Source: an uncultured Dehalococcoidia bacterium
GTDB taxonomy: Bacteria; Chloroflexota; Dehalococcoidia; DSTF01; JALHUB01
NCBI GenBank assembly: GCA_964609475.1
Contig: CAZSRY010000002.1
Location: forward strand, 1 to 37,015
Length of the DNA: 37,015 nt
Reading direction: 5' to 3'
This document shows, one piece after another, positions 26,506-33,986 of this stretch. The notes beneath the pieces are model-generated. The model saw only the letters and a list, made by a program, of their open reading frames with translations. It made no database searches and had not been told where the DNA came from. How positions within the stretch are numbered: the stretch's first letter is position 1; the number at the start of each line of letters is the position of its first letter. The position numbers and the translations under genes are program-made.

Positions 26506-27984
26506 ATGGCGAAGGAAAGGGCAAAGGCAGGAGGAAAGAGAAAGGCAAGGAGAAAGACAAAGGTCCACCCCCTCGATTTCCTGTTTCACCCCCGGTCGGT
26601 GGCCGTGGTGGGCGTCTCCGCCAAGCAGCGCGACTGGGGCGGTGGCAACATGTTCCTCCAGGCCTACCAGTCGTCGGGCTTTCGGGGGGCCATCTACCCC
26701 CTGAACCCCAAGGCCGAGGAGGTCCTGGGTCTCAAGTGCTACCCCTCCCTGGTCGATATCCCGGGCCCCGTCGACTTCGTCATCTCCAGCATCCCCACTC
26801 AGGGCATCCTCCAACTGATGGACGATGCCGCCGCCAAGCGCGTGCGGGCCATCCACTTCTTCACCGCCGGCTTCCGCGAGACGGGCGAGGACGATAGGGT
26901 GGAGCTGGAGCGCCAGGTGCTGGAGAAGGCCCGCCGCGCCGGCATCCGCGTTATCGGCCCCAACTGCCTGGGCCTCTACTGTCCCTCCTCCGGCCTCGCC
27001 TTCAACCCCCGCCTGCCCCGCGACTCGGGCCCCGTGGCCTTCATCTCCCAGAGCGGCCTCAACGCCGACGACCTGGTTCAGCACGCCGCGCTGCGCGGCC
27101 TTCGCTTCAGCAAGGTCATCAGCTATGGCAACGCGACGGACCTGGACGAGAGCGACTTCTTCGAGTACTGCGCCGCCGACCCCGAGACGGAGGTCATTAT
27201 CGCCTACATCGAGGGCGTCAAGGACGGCCGGCGCTTCCTCCGCGCCCTCAGAGCGGCCTCCGCCGCCAAGCCGACCATCGTCCTCAAGGGTGGCCTCACC
27301 GGTGCCGGCAGCCGGGCCGCCCACTCCCACACCGGCAGCCTGGCGGGGTCGCCGCAGGTCTGGGATGCCCTCTGCCGGCAGAGCGGCGTCGTCAGCGTCG
27401 ACAGCCTGGAAGAGCTGGTCGACGTGGCCGTCACCTTCCGCTTCTTGAGGAGGCCCGCTGGACGCGGCGTGGCCATCATCGTCATTGGCGGAGGAGCCAG
27501 CGTGCTCGCTGCCGACGGAGCGGAGAGGCTGGGGCTGCGGATCCCGCCGCTCTCGGAGGAGGTGCAGGCGGAGTTGCGCCGGTTCACCCCCATCGCCGGG
27601 ACCAGCATACGCAACCCCCTCGATACCGTTGCCCTCGAGGATAAGGATGGCTTTCGCAAGACGGTGAGCATCGTCGGGAACTCACCCGGCATCGACACTA
27701 TCCTGATCCTGCCCCGCCTTGATTGGGGAGTCGGCCGCGTCGAGGACATGAGCCAGTTTGTGCGGGCGACGGTAGACAAGATGAGCGAGGCAGCGCAGCA
27801 GAGCCCCGTACCCATCGCCATGGCCGTGCGGGCGCCCGAAAACGCAGAGATCATGGCGGCGCTGGAAGAGTTCTACGACCTATCGGCAAAGGCGGCGCTG
27901 GCGGTCTACCCCGACTACAGCCGCGCGCTCAACTCCATCGCCAAGTTCATCTCCTGGCACGAAGGCCGCGATGAGGCCTCATAG
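26506..27984 (+). CDS. ADP-forming acyl-CoA synthetase alpha-type protein (CoA-binding plus CoA-ligase domains), with no ATP-grasp partner in the window
   Basis: SVAVVGVS...YPLNP is the CoA-binding Rossmann fold. GPNCLG and SQSG are present, and AAHSHTGSLAGS is the phosphohistidine loop. The 19-aa Lys/Arg-rich N-terminal tail is encoded by a purine-rich tract. Confidence 0.8.
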   Translation: MAKERAKAGGKRKARRKTKVHPLDFLFHPRSVAVVGVSAKQRDWGGGNMFLQAYQSSGFRGAIYPLNPKAEEVLGLKCYPSLVDIPGPVDFVISSIPTQGILQLMDDAAAKRVRAIHFFTAGFRETGEDDRVELERQVLEKARRAGIRVIGPNCLGLYCPSSGLAFNPRLPRDSGPVAFISQSGLNADDLVQHAALRGLRFSKVISYGNATDLDESDFFEYCAADPETEVIIAYIEGVKDGRRFLRALRAASAAKPTIVLKGGLTGAGSRAAHSHTGSLAGSPQVWDALCRQSGVVSVDSLEELVDVAVTFRFLRRPAGRGVAIIVIGGGASVLAADGAERLGLRIPPLSEEVQAELRRFTPIAGTSIRNPLDTVALEDKDGFRKTVSIVGNSPGIDTILILPRLDWGVGRVEDMSQFVRATVDKMSEAAQQSPVPIAMAVRAPENAEIMAALEEFYDLSAKAALAVYPDYSRALNSIAKFISWHEGRDEAS

Positions 27985-28165
27985 GAGCCCCGTCGCTGAC
28001 CTCCTCTGACGGGAAAGTGGTTGCTCCTCTAAGTAGAAACGGCACAGTTGGCCTTTCCCTTTGATTTCTCTACGAGTGACAGCGCGACGCGCCTTTCCTT
28101 TCAGCGGTCTGGCCCCTTAGTGGAGAGATGTCAGATCGTGTACAATCGGGGCAAGGAGGCTCGTC

Positions 28166-28360
28166 ATGACCACTGACACCCCCAGGGACGCCGACGAAAG
28201 GCGCTCGACCGCGGCTGGTGCCCATAAGATCAACCTGGGCGATCTGAAATGCCCGCGCTGCAAGAAGAGCTTCACCATGAGCTACTGGAGCGGTGACCAG
28301 TTGATCCAGGCCCGCTGCCTTAGCTGCGACCTGAAGTGGCCGCGACCAGACGTCGTATGA
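28166..28360 (+). CDS. Zinc-ribbon miniprotein, 64 aa
   Basis: The cysteine pairs are CPRC...(27 aa)...CLSC. AAGGAGG lies 6 nt upstream of the ATG. Confidence 0.6.
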   Translation: MTTDTPRDADERRSTAAGAHKINLGDLKCPRCKKSFTMSYWSGDQLIQARCLSCDLKWPRPDVV

Positions 28361-28498
28361 CCGCCCTCTCCTGCCAGGAAACGGGCCTTCCCGGCAGGTA
28401 TCGCTCGACCCTGCTATCGCTGCTGCTTGGCCTGGGCTTTGGCTGTGTTGGCGAGTCATCTTATTTCGGATACGGTTGAACAGCGCTCAGACCAGCGC

Positions 28499-28527
28499 TT
28501 GCTCGTATGAGGTATGCCCTGTAGAAT
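28499..28527 (+). promoter_or_regulatory. Candidate promoter for the acyl-CoA ligase gene
   Basis: TTGCTC (28499-28504), a 17-nt spacer and TAGAAT (28522-28527), 33 nt upstream of the ATG at 28560. Confidence 0.45.
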
Positions 28528-28559
28528 CACGTCATCCTGCCCATTTGGAGGGGGAAGAG

Positions 28560-30365
28560 ATGGAGCAGATGACGATCCCGGCCGTGTTGGAAGAGACTGC
28601 TAGTCGTCGCGAGCGAAAGCTCGCCTTCCAGATGAAGGTGGGCGGAGAATACAGGGGCCTGACGTTTGGTGAGCTCCGTCAGCAGGCGAGAGCCTTCGCC
28701 TCCGGCCTCATCGCCATTGGCCTCAGGCCGGGCGACAGGGTGGGCATCGTCTGCGAGAACAGCCTGGAGTGGGTCATCGCCTACCTGGGGGTGTCGTCGG
28801 CCGGCGGCGTGGGCGTGCCTCTCTACTACGAGCTCAAGCCTCCGGAGATCGAGGGCTGCCTGCGCAGGGCCGAGGTCAAGTTCGTCGTCGCCTCCGAGAA
28901 GGCTCTCGCCAAGATACCGGAACGGCTCCCCAACCTGGAGGCGATCTTCGTCGTCGGTGGGGCAGAGGCGAGAGGTGCCTCCGGCGGCCTCTTCAGACGC
29001 CCGCGCGCTCGGGTAGTGCCCGTCGAGGCGGTGGGCTCCTATGCCACAGCCGAGAGCGATGCCGCGCTGGCGGCCGTGAACATCCAGCCCGATGACCTCG
29101 CCTCGATCGTCTACACGTCCGGCACCACCGGCGGCGCCAAGGGCGTCATGCTCACCCATCGTAACTTCGTGTCCGACGTCGCCGTCGTCCCCAAGGCCCT
29201 TCCCGTGGGCGAGAAGGACAGCCTGCTGCTGGTGCTGCCCCTCCATCACTGCTTTCCCTTCACCGTAGAGCTCCTTCTGCCCCTCGCCATGGGAGCGACG
29301 GTCACCATTGAGAACGACCTAGTCCGCGTCAGAGACCGCATGGCCGAGACCCGTCCCACCGTCTTTGCCGCAGTGCCCGCCTTCTACGACCTCATGTTCC
29401 GCGCCATCCGCTCCCAGGCCGAGGCGCAGGGGCGTGGCCGGACCTTTGACCGTGGGCTGAGGCTCGTGGCCCGGATCAAGGAGCGCACGGGCGTCAACCT
29501 GGGCCACCTGGTATTTCGGGAGCTGCACACCCGGCTGGGCGGTCGTCTGCGCTTCCTCGCCAGCGGCGGCGCCGCCCTCAACCCGGAGACGGCTCGTCGC
29601 CTCCATCTCCTCGGACTGCCCATCCTCCAGGGATGGGGCCTTACCGAGACCGCCCCCATATGCACGGCGCAGCGCTTCTACCCCGGCAGGTTCCGCTTCA
29701 CCAACTACTACGAGCGGCAACTGGGGACGGTGGGCAGGGCGCTCCCCGGCGTCGGGGTCGACCTCATCGACGTTCCTGAGAAGGAGATCTACGTCCGCCT
29801 CCATGACGAGGGCGAGCTGGTGGTTCGGGGGGACAACGTCATGCCCGGCTACTGGAAGGCGGAGGCCGAGACCAGGGCGGTCAAGATCGACGACTGGTTG
29901 CGAACCGGCGACGTGGGTCGCATAGACCGCGAGGGCAACGTCTACATCACCGGTCGCAGCAAGTACGTCATCGTCCTCGACTCAGGCGAGAAGGTCCACC
30001 CCGACGAGGTGGAGGAGAGGCTTCAGATGAGTCCCGTCATGGAGGACGTATGCGTTATCCCCCACAAGGTGCGTGACAAGATACAGGTCTGGGCCGTCGT
30101 CTACCCCAGCTATGCCGCTGTCTCTCAACAGCTTGCCGCTGAGGGGCGGCCCCTGGATGAGTCAAGCCTGCGGGCGCTCGTCGAGGCCGAGATAGACAGC
30201 CACGAGGAGGGCCTGGCGCCCTACAAGCGCATCACCGAGTGCGTACTCACCGAGGCGCCCCTGCCCAAGACGGCCCTGCGCAAGGTATCCCGCGAGGAGA
30301 TCTCCGACCACTACTCCTTCGACCTCAAGCGCTGGCAGGAGAACGCCGCTGCCGGTCTCCCCTAG
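28560..30365 (+). CDS. AMP-forming long-chain acyl-CoA ligase (FadD-like)
   Basis: The AMP-binding motif is IVYTSGTTGGAKGVMLTH. GWGLTE, TGDVG and the YITGRSK hinge are present. The ATG at 28560 is preceded by GGAGGGGG. The tracked TTG at 28476 lies upstream of the promoter-like element. Confidence 0.9.
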   Translation: MEQMTIPAVLEETASRRERKLAFQMKVGGEYRGLTFGELRQQARAFASGLIAIGLRPGDRVGIVCENSLEWVIAYLGVSSAGGVGVPLYYELKPPEIEGCLRRAEVKFVVASEKALAKIPERLPNLEAIFVVGGAEARGASGGLFRRPRARVVPVEAVGSYATAESDAALAAVNIQPDDLASIVYTSGTTGGAKGVMLTHRNFVSDVAVVPKALPVGEKDSLLLVLPLHHCFPFTVELLLPLAMGATVTIENDLVRVRDRMAETRPTVFAAVPAFYDLMFRAIRSQAEAQGRGRTFDRGLRLVARIKERTGVNLGHLVFRELHTRLGGRLRFLASGGAALNPETARRLHLLGLPILQGWGLTETAPICTAQRFYPGRFRFTNYYERQLGTVGRALPGVGVDLIDVPEKEIYVRLHDEGELVVRGDNVMPGYWKAEAETRAVKIDDWLRTGDVGRIDREGNVYITGRSKYVIVLDSGEKVHPDEVEERLQMSPVMEDVCVIPHKVRDKIQVWAVVYPSYAAVSQQLAAEGRPLDESSLRALVEAEIDSHEEGLAPYKRITECVLTEAPLPKTALRKVSREEISDHYSFDLKRWQENAAAGLP

Positions 30366-30400
30366 TCCCTGGGTCATCGCTCCAATCGGGCTCATGTCTG

Positions 30401-30425
30401 CCTGGGCGGGTGGGCCCGGGTTGTG
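30401..30425 (+). terminator. Candidate intrinsic terminator after the acyl-CoA ligase gene
   Basis: CCTGGGC-gggtgg-GCCCGGG forms 7 bp including one G-U pair. It is followed by TTGTG and an A/T-rich stretch. Confidence 0.45.
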
Positions 30426-30471
30426 AAGAAAAGTACTTCCCAAGAAAACTGATAATCGGTAACGTAAAGTC

Positions 30472-30500
30472 TTGACAAGCCGTGCCGACTGTTATATAGT
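30472..30500 (+). promoter_or_regulatory. Near-consensus sigma-70 promoter with no CDS downstream
   Basis: TTGACA (30472-30477), a 17-nt spacer and TATAGT (30495-30500). An AT-rich UP-like stretch lies at 30425-30470. Confidence 0.65.
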
Positions 30501-30504
30501 GAAG

Positions 30505-30648
30505 GGTGCCCCGAGCAGCGGAGCAACGAAGTCTCGGTGGACGAAACTGGGGGAACTGGAAGTCGAAGGCGCAAGCCCCAGACCAAGGGAAACTCAGGGC
30601 AGGGTGAAACCGAGAGGACGGAGTGAGGTTACTCGGGGCATTACTTTG
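30505..30648 (+). ncRNA. Candidate structured small RNA of unknown class (about 140 nt)
   Basis: It starts just after the promoter. The nested helices are P1 30507-30515/30632-30640 (9 bp, UGCCCCGAG/CUCGGGGCA), P2 30532-30538/30609-30615 (7 bp) and P3 30547-30552/30576-30581 (6 bp). A symmetric 16/16-nt internal loop lies between P1 and P2. The 3' flank is UUACUUUG. No credible ORF is present. The downstream gene is convergent, so this is not a cis-leader. Confidence 0.45.
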
Positions 30649-30664
30649 TCACCTGGGAGCCCCT

Positions 30665-31597
30665 TCACCTGTCCCCCTCCATCCAGCCCGGCTTCAGCGT
30701 AGCGATGAACGACAGGTTCCGGTATAGCTGGCGGTAGTCCAGCCCGTACCCGATCACGAACTCGTCCGGTATCTCAAAGCCGACGTAGTCGATGGGCACG
30801 TCCACCAGGCGGCGGGCCCGCTTGTCCAGGAGCGTGCACACCTTCAGGCTGGCCGGCCGACGAGCCCGCAGATACCCCAGCAGGTGATTCAAGGTCATCC
30901 CTGTATCAATGATGTCCTCCACCACCAGCACGTCGCGCCCCTCAAGATTCTCGTCCAGGTCCTTCAGGATGCGGACGACGCCGCTCTCCGTGTTGTCGAA
31001 CGAGGAGATCGCCATGAAGTCTACCGCCACGGGAAGCGGGATCTGGCGCATCAGGTCCGCCATGAAGCAGGCAACCCCCTTCAGAACGCCGACAAGGAGC
31101 GGCGTCTTCCCCGCGTAGTCCTTGGATATCTGCGCCCCCAGTTCGCTCACCCTGCGCTTCAACTGGGCGGAGCTGATCAGTACACGGTGGATGCCCTCGG
31201 TGCTCTTAGGGGATGGCGGGCCGAAGCCGTACTTGAAGAGCAGTCGCAGATAGTCCCGCTTGTTCAGCAGCTTCACCTTGACGCCGGGATGAAGCTGCCG
31301 CAGCATACGCACCTTGTGGTGCTTCTCCGTCATCAAGTCCTGCTTCAGAGTAGTGAGCTCTATGTACGTATCGATGTCGGGCAGGTAGAAGTCGGGCGTG
31401 AAGGCCTCCACCACCACCTCGCCCTCAGTGCGGAGGGGGAAAGTCCGCGGCTCGTACTGCCAGGCGATCCCGTAGAAATCGAGGATCTTGGCGAACTCCT
31501 CCTCGCTCTCGTGCGCGAAGCGAACGGCCGGCCTCTCTTCCCGAGTCTCGGCGCCCCCTCTTGTCTCTCCGCCGGCATCTGCCGTCGTGTCGCCCAT
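30665..31597 (-). CDS. hpt: Hypoxanthine-guanine phosphoribosyltransferase fused to an N-terminal T7-endonuclease-I-like (PD-(D/E)xK) domain
   Basis: The C-terminal 180 aa are typical HPRT (VLVVEDIIDTGMTL is the PRPP loop; FVIGYGLDY is present). The N-terminal 130 aa read SEEEFAKILDFYGIAWQYE...FTPDFYLPDIDTYIELT..EKHHKVRMLRQLHPGVKVKLL, versus phage T7 gene 3 LEDKVSKQLESKGIKFEYE...YTPDFLLPNGIFVETKG..RKKHLLIREQHPELDIRIVF. The ORF is continuous, with no internal start near the junction. Confidence 0.85.
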   Translation of the reverse strand: MGDTTADAGGETRGGAETREERPAVRFAHESEEEFAKILDFYGIAWQYEPRTFPLRTEGEVVVEAFTPDFYLPDIDTYIELTTLKQDLMTEKHHKVRMLRQLHPGVKVKLLNKRDYLRLLFKYGFGPPSPKSTEGIHRVLISSAQLKRRVSELGAQISKDYAGKTPLLVGVLKGVACFMADLMRQIPLPVAVDFMAISSFDNTESGVVRILKDLDENLEGRDVLVVEDIIDTGMTLNHLLGYLRARRPASLKVCTLLDKRARRLVDVPIDYVGFEIPDEFVIGYGLDYRQLYRNLSFIATLKPGWMEGDR

Positions 31598-31779
31598 CGT
31601 CTATCCCTTTCGCACCGTTCCTCAACTCCTGACTGCACCCATTCTCACCCTAATCCGTTCAAATGTTCAAGTCCGTGAGTCTGAAGACGTCCCTCGCAAG
31701 TAGGATCACACGGCATCACAAGTTGGTTGATTTCTGGCCCCGCGCCTGCTAGTCTAGTGTCGCAACGCCGCATAGATGA

Positions 31780-32568
31780 GAGGGGTGGCCGGCCATCGCT
31801 CGTCGAGGATTCCGCGGAACCTGGGAGCTGCTATATCTTCTCACCCTCAGGGACCTTAAGCTCAGATACCAGGACACTGCCTTAGGATTCGTTTGGTCGC
31901 TGCTTAAGCCCCTTCTGCTGGGGGCTGTTCTCTATTTCGCCCTCCAGCGCGTAGTCAGAATCAGGGTGGACGACTATCACCTTGTCCTTCTCTCCGCCCT
32001 CTTTCCCTGGATATGGTTCCAGACCTCCGTGCTTCTGGCGGCCCCGGTCATCGCTCACAATGGCAACCTCATCAAGAAGGTCCATTTTCCTCGCTACGTC
32101 CTCCCCTTTTCCACCGTCGCCAACAACATGGTTCACTTCCTGCTGACCATTCCCATCCTGGCCATATTCGTCGTCGCCTCTGGCTATCGACCTTCGGCCA
32201 CCTGGCTGATCGGCATCCCCGTGCTGACGGTGATGGAGCTGGCCCTTCTCATGGGTGTCGTTCTCTTCATATCCTCACTGGATGTCTACTTCAGAGACCT
32301 GGAGCACCTGGTCGAGGTCTTCCTCAACCTTTGGTTCTATGTCACTCCCATCCTCTACCCCCTTGACATGGTGCCCGAAAGCTACAAGAATCTCCTCCTG
32401 ATAAACCCTCTCGCTTCGCTCATCGAGGCCTGGCGGCAGATGTTCATCGACAACGCCCTGCCCGGGGTCACCGACCTATGGCCCTGTCTTCTCTTCACCA
32501 TTGCCGCCCTGGCGATCGGCAGCGGCGTCTTCAGGCGCCTGGAGAGGGGCTTCGCCGATGCACTCTGA
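31780..32568 (+). CDS. ABC-2-type polysaccharide exporter permease (Wzm/TagG-like); 5' end unresolved
   Basis: The tracked ORF starts at GTG 31966. However, the 62 in-frame codons upstream (31780-31965) encode the conserved family N-terminus (WELLYLLTLRDLKLRYQDTALGFVWSLLKPLL) and contain no ATG, GTG or TTG. An ATG at 31776 is in the +1 frame. Confidence 0.75.
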   Translation, partial: EGWPAIARRGFRGTWELLYLLTLRDLKLRYQDTALGFVWSLLKPLLLGAVLYFALQRVVRIRVDDYHLVLLSALFPWIWFQTSVLLAAPVIAHNGNLIKKVHFPRYVLPFSTVANNMVHFLLTIPILAIFVVASGYRPSATWLIGIPVLTVMELALLMGVVLFISSLDVYFRDLEHLVEVFLNLWFYVTPILYPLDMVPESYKNLLLINPLASLIEAWRQMFIDNALPGVTDLWPCLLFTIAALAIGSGVFRRLERGFADAL

Positions 32569-33340
32569 CGCGCCGGCCGTCATCACCCTCGAAGGGGTAT
32601 CGAAGCGATACTACCTTCGCTCCCAGCAGCCGGAAGAGCTGAAGACAGCCGTTCTTCACCTGCCCTCCTTCCTGAGGAGGGACCGCGCCCGCAGACCCTT
32701 CTGGGCCCTCGAAGACGTCTCCCTCATCATCAGGAAGGGCGAAAGCGTGGGCATCATCGGGCCCAACGGCTCGGGCAAGAGCACCCTGCTCAAGATCGTC
32801 GCCGACCTCGCCCGTCCCACCAGTGGCCGCGTCAAGGTTCAGGGCCGCATCTCTGCCCTCCTCGAGCTGGGGGCCGGCTTTCATCCCCAGATCACCGGCC
32901 GAGAGAACGCCATCCTGAACGCTGTCCTCCTGGGCCTCAGCCGCAGGGAGGCGGAGGAGAGCCTGCCTGACATCATTGCCTTCTCCGAACTGGGCGACTT
33001 CATCGACCAGCCTATGCGGATGTACTCCTCCGGCATGTACATCCGTCTCGGCTTCGCCGTAGCCGTGCACGTGCGGGCCGACGTCCTCCTGGTGGACGAG
33101 GTGCTGGCCGTGGGCGATACTGAGTTCCAGCAAAAGTGCTTTGCCAATATCGAGAAGCTGCGGGCCGACGGCGTCACCATCGTCCTCGTCTCCCACGACC
33201 TGGGAAGTGTGGTCCGTTTCTGCGATCGGGCTGTGCTCCTGCAGCAGGGGCGTGTCCAAGTCGATGGCGAGTCGCAGCCGGTAGTCCACGAATATCTAGA
33301 GAGGATCACGGCCCTCGTCGGCCACCCAGTATCATCCTAG
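32558..33340 (+). CDS. ABC transporter ATP-binding protein (Wzt/TagH-like, short form without a C-terminal carbohydrate-binding domain)
   Basis: Walker A is GPNGSGKST, the signature is YSSGMYIRLGFA, and Walker B is LLVDEVLAVGD. The ATG at 32558 (GGAGAGGGG SD) overlaps the permease end by 11 nt. Confidence 0.9.
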   Translation: MHSDAPAVITLEGVSKRYYLRSQQPEELKTAVLHLPSFLRRDRARRPFWALEDVSLIIRKGESVGIIGPNGSGKSTLLKIVADLARPTSGRVKVQGRISALLELGAGFHPQITGRENAILNAVLLGLSRREAEESLPDIIAFSELGDFIDQPMRMYSSGMYIRLGFAVAVHVRADVLLVDEVLAVGDTEFQQKCFANIEKLRADGVTIVLVSHDLGSVVRFCDRAVLLQQGRVQVDGESQPVVHEYLERITALVGHPVSS

Positions 33341-33364
33341 AAGGATCGGAGGCGTAGCGCGGAC

Positions 33365-33940
33365 ATGGTCAGCTTGGAGATCGACGGCACACGGAGACAC
33401 CGCGGAACCCTCAGAGTCAGCAAGAGGACGGATGCTGGCGTCGCCGTTCTGGCGGACCTGGAACGGGGACTGCCCTTCCAAGACGATACCGTCGAGGAGG
33501 TATTCCTCGATCACACGCTGGAGGAGGTCCATGACTTCGTCGGTGCCCTGGAGGAGCTCTGGCGCGTCTGCCGAGCGGGGGCCCTCATCCACGTCTGGCT
33601 GCCTCACGCTACCTCCTCCTGGGCGACCTCCAGGAACCCCAGCCAGGCGAGGCCCTTTACCATCGAGACCTTCGAGTTCTTCGACCCCGAGAAGAACCCC
33701 CAGCACCCGCCGCGGGCGGCCTTCGAGATCGAGCATGCCAAGCTTTACCTGACCACCCTCAGGCAGGGCCAGAGACCGAGACTCACCGGCGGTGTCGTCT
33801 CCACCCTCGTCGAGAGCCTGGCCAATCGCAACCGGGGCAGCCAGTATCGCTGGGAGCGCTGGCTCGGCCCCCTGATAGGCTTTGAGGAGTTCTACGTCCT
33901 TCTCACCGTCGTCAAGGCCCCGCCCTGGGCAGAGCCCTGA
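33365..33940 (+). CDS. Methyltransferase-fold-like protein lacking the glycine-rich SAM motif I
   Basis: DLERGLPFQDDTVEEVFLDHTLEEVHD...LEELWRVCRAGALIHVWLP matches the post-I to motif III region of class I MTases. The protein begins MVSLEIDG where LNLGCG would normally sit. Confidence 0.55.
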   Translation: MVSLEIDGTRRHRGTLRVSKRTDAGVAVLADLERGLPFQDDTVEEVFLDHTLEEVHDFVGALEELWRVCRAGALIHVWLPHATSSWATSRNPSQARPFTIETFEFFDPEKNPQHPPRAAFEIEHAKLYLTTLRQGQRPRLTGGVVSTLVESLANRNRGSQYRWERWLGPLIGFEEFYVLLTVVKAPPWAEP

Positions 33941-33986
33941 TGCGGCGCTCCTCTTCCCGAACCGGCGCCCCCGTTGGAAGATAGCC

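Noticed and set aside
28041-28110. Two CCTTTCC(C)TTT direct repeats, plus the 129-aa minus-strand ORF at 28070-28459.
   Set aside because: The repeats are short pyrimidine strings in an intergenic spacer. The ORF is antisense to the SD-supported zinc-ribbon gene and lacks coding features.
30505-30648. Partial resemblances of the candidate RNA to known riboswitch cores: AAGGGAA...GGGUGAAAC (cobalamin-like), ACUGGGG...CCUGGGAG (ZTP-like) and CCGAGAGGACGG (ykkC-like).
   Set aside because: Each match covers only short strings, and key conserved boxes are missing (for example the B12 box). No plus-strand gene lies downstream to regulate. I therefore left the RNA unclassified rather than naming a family.
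30472-30702. A 76-aa plus-strand ORF over the candidate RNA. The 64-aa minus-strand ORF at 30392-30586 is a similar case.
   Set aside because: The plus-strand ORF would start at the TTG of the -35 hexamer itself. It has no SD and gives a low-complexity Ser/Pro/Arg/Gly product. The region is better explained as a structured RNA.
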